DNA from: an uncultured Candidatus Saccharibacteria bacterium
GTDB taxonomy: Bacteria > Patescibacteriota > Saccharimonadia > Saccharimonadales > CAYVSP01
Direction: 5' to 3'
Length of the DNA stretch: 64,000 nt
Assembly: GCA_964584265.1 (NCBI GenBank)
Contig: CAZOZI010000001.1
Span: 1,623 to 65,622, forward strand
The notes beneath the pieces were generated by a model. It ran no database searches and was not told the origin of the DNA. It saw only the letters and a list, made by a program, of their open reading frames with translations. Below, piece after piece: positions 30,352-40,594 of the stretch (within the stretch, counting starts at the first letter, position 1; every line of letters begins with the position of its first letter). The position numbers and the translations under genes are program-made.

Positions 30352-32835
30352 ATGATGCCACAGAGTCCTGACTTTCAGGAATTTTTAAATCACTTAACGG
30401 ACAATGCGCTGGCCAGTTTGAAACACGCCGATGCCATTGCCCGTAGTTTTGGCAGTGCCTATATTGGCACTGAGCATTTACTTCTTGGAGTCTTGGCGCA
30501 AGATTCCAGCATGGGCGCTAAGATTCTCGGCAACGCAGGCGTAACGTTGGACCGCGCACGTTTGGCGCTTAATCTTACGCCAAAAACACTTGTTATAAAC
30601 CTAGGGGCCAAAGGGCTCAGTGAAACCGCTAAATTAACACTTAAAATGGCTTATGATGTGGCTCAGGACTTCAACCAAGAGTTCTGTGGTACCGAGCACA
30701 TCCTATACAGCGTTTTGACGCAAAAGAATGCACGGGCTACAACATTGCTGCGCGACATGAATGTGGACGTTGATGCCATGGTGAATGAACTTGAACAATT
30801 TCTTAACCGCCAGCAATATGAAGATGGCGGCAGTGGCACTAGTGAATCAAGGCGGCGAGTGGGTAAAAAACAGCGCAAAACGGCACTTGATTTCTTTGGA
30901 ACAGACCTTACCGAGCAAGCTAAAGATGGTAAACTTGATCCAGTTGTAGGCCGGGAAGCTCAAATCCGCCGTGTAATTACTATCTTGAACAGACGTACCA
31001 AGAATAATCCAGTTCTAATTGGTGAACCAGGAGTTGGTAAAACAGCCATAGTGGAAGGCCTAGCCCAACGTATTATCGCTGAAGACGTACCCGACAGCCT
31101 GTTGGATAAACGCATAGTCATGTTGGATTTGGCTGGTATGATTGCCGGCACTAAATACCGTGGTGAGTTTGAAGAGCGGCTCAAGAAAGTTATGAGTGAG
31201 CTGGAAAACGATAAGAAAACCATTGTTTTTATAGATGAACTTCATTTGATTGTAGGTGCTGGAGCGGCTGAGGGTGCCATGGACGCCGGCAACATTTTAA
31301 AACCAGCTTTGGCTCGCGGTAAAATCCAAGTCATTGGCGCCACCACCACAGCTGAATATACTAAGCATATAGAAAAAGATGCGGCACTGGAGCGACGTTT
31401 CCAGCCGATTCAGGTTCCTGAAACTACTGTTCCTGAAACGCTGTCTATCTTAAAAGGCTTGCGCAAGCACTACGAGGCTTTCCATAATGTCAAAGTTAGT
31501 GATGAAGTCTTGGAAGATACGGTGACACTGGCCAAACGCTACGTTAATGATCGCTATATGCCCGATAAGGCCATTGATCTAATGGACGAAACAGCAGCTT
31601 ATCTAAGGGTTGATAAAGGTAAAACTCCTCCAGAGGTACGTAGACTTAAAAAAGAACTAAAACTGGTAGAAACTCGCAAGGATGAAGCCAGCGATACCGA
31701 GGATTACGCCAAAGCAGCTCAGTATAAGCAGCGTGCTTCGCAAATAAGCGAAGAGCTGCACAAGTTACAATCAGGCGGCAAAGGTGCAAACAAGCTGACA
31801 ATGCATAGTGATGATGTAGCCGAAGTGGTGGCTCGAATGACTGGTGTTCCAGTCACAAAGGTCATACGTTCTGAAGCAAAATATCTACTGAACCTTGAGA
31901 AACAACTTGGTAAATTCGTAATTGGCCAAGATGAAGCAGTCAGTGCGGTCGCCAAAGCAGTCCGCCGTAACCGAGCCGGCATTAGTGGTGGCCAGCGTCC
32001 CATCGGATCATTTATTTTCCTGGGACCGACCGGGGTAGGCAAAACCGAGTTGGCACGAGTACTTGCTCGAGAATTCTTTGGTTCAGTTGAGGCCATGGTC
32101 AAGATTGACATGAGTGAGTTCGGTGAGCGCCACACGGTATCACGTCTAGTCGGAGCCCCCGCCGGCTATGTTGGCTACGACGAAGGCGGCCAATTAACAG
32201 ATAAGGTTCGCCGCCAACCGTATAGCCTGATATTGTTTGACGAAATTGAAAAAGCTCATCCAGAAGTTTTTAACATGCTACTTCAGATACTGGAGGATGG
32301 TGTCTTGACAGACGCCAAAGGCCGTAAAATTGATTTTAGTAACACCATTGTAATCATGACCAGCAATATTGGAGCTGAAAAATTGCAAAAGGAAGCTTCA
32401 CTTGGCTTTCATGCCAGCGGAGCAAACGATCTCAAGGATTTGGCCCAGCTTCATAGCAACAACAAAGACAAAGTACTTGACGAGCTAAAAAAGACAATGC
32501 GCCCAGAACTACTCAACCGTATTGATAAGATTATTGTTTTCCGGGCGCTTACCAAAAAAGACGTGCTCAGAATACTTGATCTGCAAATTGAAGAACTTAA
32601 ACAACGGCTTGTTAAACACGGTCTAGGACTTGAAGTAACGACTGCTGCTAAACACCACCTTCTTGAAAATGGTTACGATGCTCACAATGGAGTAAGGCCT
32701 ATGCGCCGCTTGCTGCAAGATACAATCGAAGATCACATCGCTCTGGAATTGCTTGATAACCACTATGCCAAGGGCGATATCGTGGAAGTTGAAGCCAAAA
32801 ACAAAGAACTTGTCTACAATGCCTCAAACGAATAA
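30352..32835 (+). CDS. clpC: ATP-dependent Clp protease ATPase subunit, ClpC-type
   Basis: Two Clp-N repeats, [17 protein letters not shown]-like middle domain, [22 protein letters not shown] ClpP-docking loop. Confidence 0.93.
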   Translation: MMPQSPDFQEFLNHLTDNALASLKHADAIARSFGSAYIGTEHLLLGVLAQDSSMGAKILGNAGVTLDRARLALNLTPKTLVINLGAKGLSETAKLTLKMAYDVAQDFNQEFCGTEHILYSVLTQKNARATTLLRDMNVDVDAMVNELEQFLNRQQYEDGGSGTSESRRRVGKKQRKTALDFFGTDLTEQAKDGKLDPVVGREAQIRRVITILNRRTKNNPVLIGEPGVGKTAIVEGLAQRIIAEDVPDSLLDKRIVMLDLAGMIAGTKYRGEFEERLKKVMSELENDKKTIVFIDELHLIVGAGAAEGAMDAGNILKPALARGKIQVIGATTTAEYTKHIEKDAALERRFQPIQVPETTVPETLSILKGLRKHYEAFHNVKVSDEVLEDTVTLAKRYVNDRYMPDKAIDLMDETAAYLRVDKGKTPPEVRRLKKELKLVETRKDEASDTEDYAKAAQYKQRASQISEELHKLQSGGKGANKLTMHSDDVAEVVARMTGVPVTKVIRSEAKYLLNLEKQLGKFVIGQDEAVSAVAKAVRRNRAGISGGQRPIGSFIFLGPTGVGKTELARVLAREFFGSVEAMVKIDMSEFGERHTVSRLVGAPAGYVGYDEGGQLTDKVRRQPYSLILFDEIEKAHPEVFNMLLQILEDGVLTDAKGRKIDFSNTIVIMTSNIGAEKLQKEASLGFHASGANDLKDLAQLHSNNKDKVLDELKKTMRPELLNRIDKIIVFRALTKKDVLRILDLQIEELKQRLVKHGLGLEVTTAAKHHLLENGYDAHNGVRPMRRLLQDTIEDHIALELLDNHYAKGDIVEVEAKNKELVYNASNE

Positions 32836-32881
32836 ATCAAAAAGTGGCAACTAGCGCACTTCCTAAGCTATACTTTAACCT

Positions 32882-33826
32882 GTGAAAAGTACCTTTAGGC
32901 GAATAATCAAGGTTATATTTAGCCTGCTGATTATAGCCGCACTAGCTTTTGCTTGGTTACAAAAACAAGCCTTGTATGACTGGTGGCAACTACGACACTA
33001 CCAACCATCTGCCACAATTACTCAAATAGCTAGCAGTGATACAATGACGGCCAAAGCTCAGCATATTTTTTATGTGTACCATCCAGAATTAGATGATAAG
33101 AGCAACTTCAGTAGCCACTGTGGCAACTACGGCGAGCAGACCATTGTGCTTGGGTGCTACAATCACGCAAAAGGCATCTTTATATATGACGTCAAAGACG
33201 AACGGCTACGTGGAGTCACGCAAGTTACAGCTGCTCATGAAATGCTGCATGCCGCCTATGATCGGCTATCATCAGACGATAAACAAAACGTCGATAACCT
33301 CATAAATCAGACATATGCCAATCTCCAGGACCAGCGAATCCGCACCAACATCGAGAACTATCGTAAGCAAGGCGCCGATGTTACTAATGAGCTCCATTCA
33401 ATTCTGGCTACCGAAGTAAGTGATTTGCCAGCACCACTTGAGAAGTACTACCAGCGGTATTTCTCAAATCGTAAACAAATAGTTAATTATTCTAACGCGT
33501 ACGAAGATACTTTTACGTCGTTAAAAGCACAGGCTGATCAAATATCCAACCAGTTGGTAAGCTTAAAGTCTACTATCGATACGCTTAAAGCTCAGCTAGA
33601 GCAAGAGCAACAGGCTCTCAATGCCCAGCGCCCGACTATAAATACTCAAGCAGAAGCTGACGCTTACAATGCCAATGTGCGAAGCTACAATAATCAAGTT
33701 GACCAGCTAAGCGCCTTAATTAAGCGATTCAATGATTTAGTAGCTCAACAGAATCAACTGGCTCTCTTGTACAAACAGCTCTATAGTGCGGTTGATAGTC
33801 GTCCGACTGCTGTTCCTCTTCAGTAA
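32882..33826 (+). CDS. Membrane-anchored putative Zn metallopeptidase with a coiled-coil tail
   Basis: N-terminal TM helix, LGCY, AAHEMLHAAY (HExxH), NELHS, Gln/Asn-rich heptad C-terminus. Confidence 0.7.
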   Translation: MKSTFRRIIKVIFSLLIIAALAFAWLQKQALYDWWQLRHYQPSATITQIASSDTMTAKAQHIFYVYHPELDDKSNFSSHCGNYGEQTIVLGCYNHAKGIFIYDVKDERLRGVTQVTAAHEMLHAAYDRLSSDDKQNVDNLINQTYANLQDQRIRTNIENYRKQGADVTNELHSILATEVSDLPAPLEKYYQRYFSNRKQIVNYSNAYEDTFTSLKAQADQISNQLVSLKSTIDTLKAQLEQEQQALNAQRPTINTQAEADAYNANVRSYNNQVDQLSALIKRFNDLVAQQNQLALLYKQLYSAVDSRPTAVPLQ

Positions 33827-33843
33827 TTTGATAAACTATCGCT

Positions 33844-35196
33844 ATGGCCAAGAAACCGAGTGTGAAATTTGTCTGTTCTAATTGCGGAAGCATTGCAGCT
33901 ACCTGGTCAGGCCGTTGCCATGTTTGTGGTGAGTGGAATACATTGCAAGAACAAGTCGATATAAGTAGTACCAGCGTTGGTAAAAGCGGCACTGCTTTAG
34001 TACCTAATGATGTTAGCAACCTTATAAAGTCTGATATACAAGCGAGGCTGAAGACTGGGATGAATGATGTAGATGTTGTGCTAGGTGGCGGTATTGTGCC
34101 TGGCAGCGTTACGCTACTCGCTGGGCAGCCCGGTATTGGCAAAAGTACCATATTGCTGCAAATAGCACAGCACGTTGCCGTAAGTCAGCAGGTACTCTAT
34201 GTTAGCGGCGAGGAATCTGCTCACCAAATTGGTCTCAGAGCTTCGCGGCTCGGCCTAAAATCCAGTAAGTTGCAGCTAGCTACAAGTAATAGTGCCGACG
34301 ATGTTGCCAGCACGCTCACTTCAGGCGAATATAAGCTCGTAGTTGTTGATTCCATCCAGACTATGAGCGTCAGTGGCATTAGTTCGGCAACGGGTTCAAT
34401 TAGCCAAATTACCAATAGCACGCAACTATTAAGTGCAGCTGCCAAGCAATCTAATACTGCCGTTGTTATTGTTGGTCACGTTACCAAAGAAGGCTCCATT
34501 GCTGGGCCAAAACTCCTGGAACACATGGTTGATGTAGTGCTGCAGTTGGAGGGTGACCGCTATGGTGGTTTTAAACTACTGCGGGGCCTTAAAAACCGGT
34601 TTGGTTCGACCAATGAAACTGGTATTTTTGAAATGGCAGATGAAGGGCTCAAACCGGTCGAAAACCCCTCAGCAGCACTGCTGGCCGAACGGCAAATAAC
34701 CGACGGTTCAGTAGTGCTCGCAACTATGGAGGGGTCAAGGCCACTTTTAGTTGAAGTACAAGCTTTAGTTAACCGTAGCTCTTACGGCTACCCCAAACGG
34801 GCGGCTAGTGGATATGACTTGAATCGCCTCAACTTGCTGGTAGCTATGCTCGAGCGTCGCACAAAACTTAACCTGGCTGACCAAGATATTTACGTCAATA
34901 TCGTTGGCGGAATTCGCATAACCGAGCCAGCGGCGGATTTAGCAGTGGTTATGGCTATAGCCTCGGCCACCAAAGGCATGCAACTGAAAAAAAATGCTGT
35001 GGTGTTTGGTGAGGTTGGACTGTCGGGCGAAGTCCGTCATGTTCCGCAGCTAGAAAAAAGACTAGCCGAAGCCAACAAGCTTGGGTTCAATACTGCAATC
35101 GGGCCAGCTGTTCGGAGCGGTAAAAAACCGGCTGGCTTACAATCTGTCACAAACGTTCGGACTGCTCTAAATCAATTCCTTGAAAAAGAGAGCTAA
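33844..35196 (+). CDS. radA: DNA repair protein RadA/Sms
   Basis: C4 zinc finger, GQPGIGKST, KNRFG, EGSRPLLVEVQAL, GEVGLSGE. Confidence 0.97.
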   Translation: MAKKPSVKFVCSNCGSIAATWSGRCHVCGEWNTLQEQVDISSTSVGKSGTALVPNDVSNLIKSDIQARLKTGMNDVDVVLGGGIVPGSVTLLAGQPGIGKSTILLQIAQHVAVSQQVLYVSGEESAHQIGLRASRLGLKSSKLQLATSNSADDVASTLTSGEYKLVVVDSIQTMSVSGISSATGSISQITNSTQLLSAAAKQSNTAVVIVGHVTKEGSIAGPKLLEHMVDVVLQLEGDRYGGFKLLRGLKNRFGSTNETGIFEMADEGLKPVENPSAALLAERQITDGSVVLATMEGSRPLLVEVQALVNRSSYGYPKRAASGYDLNRLNLLVAMLERRTKLNLADQDIYVNIVGGIRITEPAADLAVVMAIASATKGMQLKKNAVVFGEVGLSGEVRHVPQLEKRLAEANKLGFNTAIGPAVRSGKKPAGLQSVTNVRTALNQFLEKES

Positions 35197-38100
35197 TTTC
35201 TACGAATATGAACAGTGCTCGAATGGCCAGCGCTGTCAGTAACTGTAATGGTGTGAAAGTTGTTGTCAGCCAGTATGACGGCACAATTTGATGCGGAAGT
35301 ATTCTGGCACCCAGGTACTGAACTACCATCCTTAGTCACGCTGTATGTTGCGGTTCCGCCACTCCATGCAACATTCGGAGTATTGCCCACTCCGGTGGCA
35401 TTATCGCTTGGGCTTGTGATGGTTAAAGGGCTGCCTCCACCTCCGGAGAAGGAAATTGAAGCTGCACTACTTGTCGAGTCATATAGGACACTATCAATTA
35501 CTTGAACCGTTACATCCTGTGTGCCACTACCACTATAATTAAAGGTGAGCCCGTAGTTGCTGACTGGTCCAGTGATTTGGAACGATTTTACTATCTGACC
35601 ACCTATTTTGACATTAAGAGTACCCGGGAATTGTGAATATTGGCTATCACTTAGAGGGTGTGTGCCGGCACTGGCATTGACATAAATTGTGCAGTCACCA
35701 CTGCAACTAGAGGGTGCACTAGCTATATTTACGGAAGGGGGAGCGTCTCCGCATTGGTGGATGTCGTCTTTTTGTTGCGTTCCTCCGCTATTGGCAGCGC
35801 CAGCACCGTAGAATATATCTACCGAGAATGAATTTGAGTCAGCATTACCAACCGTCTTTTTAGCAAGAGCTGGCGTACAATCGGTCGCTAGCTTATTAGA
35901 GACAATATCGATCGTCTGGGGCCCAGTGTTTTTAGCGACGCCAGTGTACCAAGATGGGAACAAATCATTGGTCGGACTCGGTTCAATGTCGCCATAGTGG
36001 ACATGATTTCGTACTACAAATGACGGTAAACTTTTGATGCCCGTAGGCTGAACCCAACTAACCGGTTTGAGATTGGCATGGGCTGCCACCATCCAGTCAC
36101 GTGTGAGTGGAGTGGTCAGGTATTCCATGCCAGGGCCACCCAGATTTTTATTGCGGGTGTGGTTACCAACCCACGACACAACAGCATACTTAGTTGACCA
36201 ACTTGTCATTAGTCCGTCAAAGCCATTATTAGTAGTACCGGTCTTTACGGCGAAGTGCCAACCATTTGGCTGGCTATGGAACTTATATGCACCAGGCAGG
36301 TAACTGGCGTTACCATCAGAAGCCATGTTATCGACTATGTAAGCCGCGTCCGGGCGGATAACTTGTTTGCCCTGCGGTTGCTTCCACTGGTCAATTGTTT
36401 TACCACCGCCGTCAGATATTTTCAGAATAAAAGTGTGCGGTATTGCACTCCCAAGCCGCGCCAAAGTAGCAAGACCATTGGCATGGTCATCAAGATGCAA
36501 GAATGCACCGTCGCCAATGGCTGATGCACCGTAGCACTGCACCGTGTCAGCTTGCGTGGCATTACTGATATCAATGCCTGGCTTGTAACATTGATAAGCC
36601 TTGTCAGTGTTAGGATCAGCCATCATAGCTGAAGCGGTCGATATAACTTTGTTAATTGAATTGACGTGGTCGGGACTGGAATCATTGGGTAGCGCTGACA
36701 GCATAGCTTTAACGGCCGGAATATTACGTGAACCACCTAGCGCATAACGCAGCGTTAGTGGTCCTGGCTGCAAGAAGTCATAGTCAGTCAAGCAGTTCCC
36801 ATTGCCTTTAGGCGGGGGCGAGGAGTGATCGGTGCACGGGTATCCTGGTAGTGGTCCTTGGGTATCGTACATGACTGATCCGGCGCCTACGTTTGTATGA
36901 TTATCTATCAAAGCAGCATAGTCGTACGGTTTGAAGCTAGAACCTGGTGGAATAAAGGCATCGTGTGCGTAGTTGATTTTGCCGTGATCTGGGTTAGTAA
37001 AATCCGTGCCACCGACCAGTGATACAACCTGGCCGGTTTGGACATCCTCTGCCACCATGGCTTCTTCGTCGGCCACTCCGCGGGTCAAGCTTCGAATATT
37101 GGGTATATTTTTGGCAACTAATTGCTCTGCCTTATCTTGCAGTGTCAAATCTAGCGTTGTAATGACTTTCCAGCCACTACGATTGACGGTGTCCGTGTAC
37201 TTGGCTTCAAGTTCTTTGCGAGCGGCCAAGACAAAATATGGTGCTTTAATGCCTTCATAGTGAGTTGGTCGTGGTTTAACTTCAGCTACCGTATCAACTT
37301 TCTTTGCGTCATCACGCTCCTTAGCACTAATCATGTGCTGCTGCTCCATGAGATCAAGGATATAATGCTGCCGAGCCACTAGTGCTTGTTTATCAAAGTA
37401 CTCACTGTAAGGCGAATAAAGACCCGGCGCCTTCGGTATGGCTGCTAACATGGCCGATTCACTAAGGGTTAGATCCTTGGCCGACTTCTGGAAATAATTG
37501 CGTGCGGCCGCTTCAGCGCCGTACTCAATACCACCGTAAGGTGCGGCATTCAAATAACCTGTAAGAATCTGGTTTTTTGAATATGAGCGTTCCAGTTCAA
37601 CGGCCAGAATAATTTCTTTAACTTTGCGCGTAACAGTTTGCTGACTGCCAACGCCTCGAATTGTCAGACGTACGAGCTGTTGGGTTATGGTTGAACCTCC
37701 TTGTGTGCCTCCATGGCCAAGTGCATCGTTCACACCAGCACGGGCAATACCGCGGACATCAAACCCACCATGATGGAAGAAGTCTTTATCTTCTACTGCA
37801 ACCGTTGCCAGTTTAATAGCCGGTGCAATATCATCCTCTTTCACTGGTATACGCTTCACCCCATTAACATCTTCCCACAAGAGTGTTTGGCCAGTACGAT
37901 CATAATAGAGCACGCTGCCGCCAATATTGTTGCCAGAAATATCAGTAATATTTGGTAGGTCTTTTCTAAAGTAGGCAAATAAACCAACTAGCAGGATAAA
38001 GCCTGCCGCAATACTGATACCGATAACTTTGAGCGCCATGATAGCGCCCTCGCGGCTAAACCAGTAGTGATAAAGACGGGCTGGTTGTAAACGATACAAA

Positions 38101-38270
38101 AAGCGATGCAAGCGATCTTTGGGCATGCCAGATAAGCGAGTGGCCTTGCGTCTTTCGGCACTATCTCGGTGCGCCACGTAGCGCTGCAGAAGATTACGGT
38201 GTACTTTTATCTCCTTGCCACTCTTGGTGACATGTATATTCGAATTCCGGCGCTTGTTACTGCTTGCCAT
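35193..38270 (-). CDS. Class A penicillin-binding protein (transglycosylase/transpeptidase) with C-terminal Ig-like modules
   Basis: EDKDFFHHGG, GGSTITQQL, RKVKE, YLN. SSFK (SxxK), SRN, KTGT. Ser/Gly/Thr-rich beta C-terminus. Confidence 0.93.
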   Translation of the reverse strand: MASSNKRRNSNIHVTKSGKEIKVHRNLLQRYVAHRDSAERRKATRLSGMPKDRLHRFLYRLQPARLYHYWFSREGAIMALKVIGISIAAGFILLVGLFAYFRKDLPNITDISGNNIGGSVLYYDRTGQTLLWEDVNGVKRIPVKEDDIAPAIKLATVAVEDKDFFHHGGFDVRGIARAGVNDALGHGGTQGGSTITQQLVRLTIRGVGSQQTVTRKVKEIILAVELERSYSKNQILTGYLNAAPYGGIEYGAEAAARNYFQKSAKDLTLSESAMLAAIPKAPGLYSPYSEYFDKQALVARQHYILDLMEQQHMISAKERDDAKKVDTVAEVKPRPTHYEGIKAPYFVLAARKELEAKYTDTVNRSGWKVITTLDLTLQDKAEQLVAKNIPNIRSLTRGVADEEAMVAEDVQTGQVVSLVGGTDFTNPDHGKINYAHDAFIPPGSSFKPYDYAALIDNHTNVGAGSVMYDTQGPLPGYPCTDHSSPPPKGNGNCLTDYDFLQPGPLTLRYALGGSRNIPAVKAMLSALPNDSSPDHVNSINKVISTASAMMADPNTDKAYQCYKPGIDISNATQADTVQCYGASAIGDGAFLHLDDHANGLATLARLGSAIPHTFILKISDGGGKTIDQWKQPQGKQVIRPDAAYIVDNMASDGNASYLPGAYKFHSQPNGWHFAVKTGTTNNGFDGLMTSWSTKYAVVSWVGNHTRNKNLGGPGMEYLTTPLTRDWMVAAHANLKPVSWVQPTGIKSLPSFVVRNHVHYGDIEPSPTNDLFPSWYTGVAKNTGPQTIDIVSNKLATDCTPALAKKTVGNADSNSFSVDIFYGAGAANSGGTQQKDDIHQCGDAPPSVNIASAPSSCSGDCTIYVNASAGTHPLSDSQYSQFPGTLNVKIGGQIVKSFQITGPVSNYGLTFNYSGSGTQDVTVQVIDSVLYDSTSSAASISFSGGGGSPLTITSPSDNATGVGNTPNVAWSGGTATYSVTKDGSSVPGCQNTSASNCAVILADNNFHTITVTDSAGHSSTVHIRRN

Positions 38271-38376
38271 ACTTAACTAAAATACCTCTTGGGCATTCGA
38301 CTATTATAGCAAATTTAATGCATAAAAAGCAGAAGCATTATGGCAGAAAAGTATGACTGTAGTACACTTGAGTATT

Positions 38377-39603
38377 ATGAACTTATCTGAAGAGTTACAG
38401 TGGCGGGGATTTGTAAACCAAACTACACTGGCAGATTTAGCACAACTTGATACTAAGAAGCTAACTTTTTATCACGGTTTTGACGCTTCGGCTGACTCGC
38501 AAACGGTTGGTAATCTTGCAGCCATGATGCTTGACAGAGTGTTTATGCGCCATGGAAACAAAGCTATTATTCTGGCGGGCGGCGCCACCAGCTTAATTGG
38601 CGATCCTGGCGGTAAAGACGTTGAGCGGTCCTTGCAAGACGATAAAACGGTTGCACAGAACATCAAAAAAGCCGAAGAACAACTCAAGCGTATCTTTAGC
38701 GGCCAAAGTTTTACACTCGTAAATAATCTGGACTGGACTAAAAATATGGGAGTGATTGAGTTTTTGCGCGATTACGGTAAGCATTTTTCAATAACGCCGC
38801 TTGTCCAGCGTGATTATATTGCAAAGCGTCTAGGCGAAGGCGGCAGCGGGATGAGTTACGCAGAGTTTAGTTACACCGTGCTGCAAGGCATGGATTATCT
38901 GCACTTGTTTGACAAATACGGTGTGACACTGCAACTTGGTGGTTCTGACCAGTGGGGTAATTGTTTATCGGGCGTGGAGCTCATTCGAAAAGCTCGCAGC
39001 AAAGAAGTGCATGCCATAACCTTACCGCTCGTTATTAATAAGGCCACTGGCAGAAAATTTGGAAAAAGCGAGGATGGTGCTATTTGGCTGGATGAAACCA
39101 AGACTAGCGTGTACCAATTTTATCAGTTTTGGCTGAATGTCGACGATAGCAGTGCGAGTGACTATCTTAAACTATTTACCGAATTGGATAAAACGGCGAT
39201 TAGTAGCGTAATGAAAGATTTTGAATCTGATAAAGGTAATCGATTAGCCCAAAAGACGCTAGCTTATGAAGTCACTAAGCTCGTACATGGCAAGCAACGA
39301 GCTGACGCGGTTAAAAAGGTTACGAATGTTCTGTTTGGCGACGGTGATTTTAATGATTTAAAAGACAGCGAGATAGAAATGCTCAAACAAGAATTGCCCA
39401 AGGTTCCTGCCAAGAAAGATTTAGCAGACTCCATTATTGAAGCTGGTTTGGCTGCTTCCAAGACTGAAGCGCGTAACTTCCAGGCTGCTGGCGCAATTAC
39501 AGTGAATGGCCAAAAAGTGGGCGTTAATCAGGAGGCGGTGTTTAAGTCAGGCGTAAATCTTTTAAAACGCGGCAAGAATAGCTTTGCTCTCATTGAAAAG
39601 TAG
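38377..39603 (+). CDS. tyrS: Tyrosine--tRNA ligase
   Basis: LQWRG, GGATSLIGDP, FSYTVLQGMD, QLGGSDQWGN, KFGKS, S4-like C-terminus. HIGH position reads TVGN. Start at MNLSEEL. Confidence 0.97.
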   Translation: MNLSEELQWRGFVNQTTLADLAQLDTKKLTFYHGFDASADSQTVGNLAAMMLDRVFMRHGNKAIILAGGATSLIGDPGGKDVERSLQDDKTVAQNIKKAEEQLKRIFSGQSFTLVNNLDWTKNMGVIEFLRDYGKHFSITPLVQRDYIAKRLGEGGSGMSYAEFSYTVLQGMDYLHLFDKYGVTLQLGGSDQWGNCLSGVELIRKARSKEVHAITLPLVINKATGRKFGKSEDGAIWLDETKTSVYQFYQFWLNVDDSSASDYLKLFTELDKTAISSVMKDFESDKGNRLAQKTLAYEVTKLVHGKQRADAVKKVTNVLFGDGDFNDLKDSEIEMLKQELPKVPAKKDLADSIIEAGLAASKTEARNFQAAGAITVNGQKVGVNQEAVFKSGVNLLKRGKNSFALIEK

Positions 39604-39774
39604 CCTAGACTTATGCGCCGCGTTGACCTGCTTGCCGGCAGAGCCCGCAAGGCCGCCAACGCTTTTGGCGAATTGCTGCGTTGCTATCTCCAGTACTCAC
39701 TCACCGTACTCTCTGTACGGCTCGCTCCGTGCTTCGCTGACGTCTTGCACTTCATCCAAACACAAAAGTCTAGG
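39604..39774 (-). repeat. 171-nt structured element, copy B, immediately after the tyrS stop codon
   Basis: Terminal inverted repeat CCTAGACTT / AAGTCTAGG. Reverse complement aligns without gaps to 28389-28559. Confidence 0.85.
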
Positions 39775-39815
39775 TTTTGTTAGTGAGAATTTAAATTGAT
39801 ATACTGCTAGCCGCG

Positions 39816-40580
39816 ATGTCCGAAAACAAAGTAACTGCTACTCAGTATAATGACCCTGCGCATAACTATCTTCACTACTGGGATGGGCGCGATTATGAGA
39901 ATGCGGCTGAAGTTATCGCGATTAAGCGTCTTCTCAAGGGTAAACACTTTAAGCATGCTATTGATATTGGCGGCGGCTATGGGCGGCTATGTGTACTCTT
40001 AAAAAAGTACGCCACTAAAGTTACTCTGGCCGAGCCCTCACAACAACAGCTTGATATCGCTGCAGATTATCTAAAAGACTATCCTGATATTGAACGTAAA
40101 CTCATGCAAGCTGACGATATGCCTTATGACAATGGCAGCCTAGATCTAATTACCATGATCCGTGTGATGCACCACCTGCCAAATCCGGCTCCAGAGTTCA
40201 AGGAAATTGCTCGAGTTTTAAGCTCTGATGGTCTTTTTATTCTAGAAGTGGCTAATTATGTGCATTTTCGCAATCGGCTTAAGCAAATTGCTAAACTCAG
40301 TCGCTTCCCATCTGAACCGGTCGATATACGCTCGGCGAAGCATAAACAAGCCAACGAAGTCCCCTTCGTAAACCACAACCCAAGAACCGTTATTAAACAG
40401 TTGGCCCATGCTGGCCTTAAAGTCGAAAGAACTCTTTCGGTTTCAAACTTGCGTAGCACGGCATTAAAGAAAGTATTGCCAGTTAAGGTAATGTTGGCAC
40501 TTGAAAAGCCAATGCAAACAACCTTAGCTAAAATCTACTTTGGCCCCAGCACCTTCTTTCTGATCCATAAAGTCAAATAA
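39816..40580 (+). CDS. Class I SAM-dependent methyltransferase
   Basis: IDIGGGYGR motif I, ADDMPY..GSLDLI, RVMHHL, EIARVL...G. Confidence 0.9.
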   Translation: MSENKVTATQYNDPAHNYLHYWDGRDYENAAEVIAIKRLLKGKHFKHAIDIGGGYGRLCVLLKKYATKVTLAEPSQQQLDIAADYLKDYPDIERKLMQADDMPYDNGSLDLITMIRVMHHLPNPAPEFKEIARVLSSDGLFILEVANYVHFRNRLKQIAKLSRFPSEPVDIRSAKHKQANEVPFVNHNPRTVIKQLAHAGLKVERTLSVSNLRSTALKKVLPVKVMLALEKPMQTTLAKIYFGPSTFFLIHKVK

Positions 40581-40594
40581 ACTATACTGTAGAT

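Noticed and set aside
38500-38520. TyrS HIGH motif replaced by TVGN as a sign of inactivation
   Set aside because: All other TyrS motifs are intact and TxGN variants occur in active class Ic synthetases.
39584-39799. 71-aa ORF after tyrS
   Set aside because: It coincides with structured element copy B, and the substitution pattern against copy A follows base pairing, not codons.
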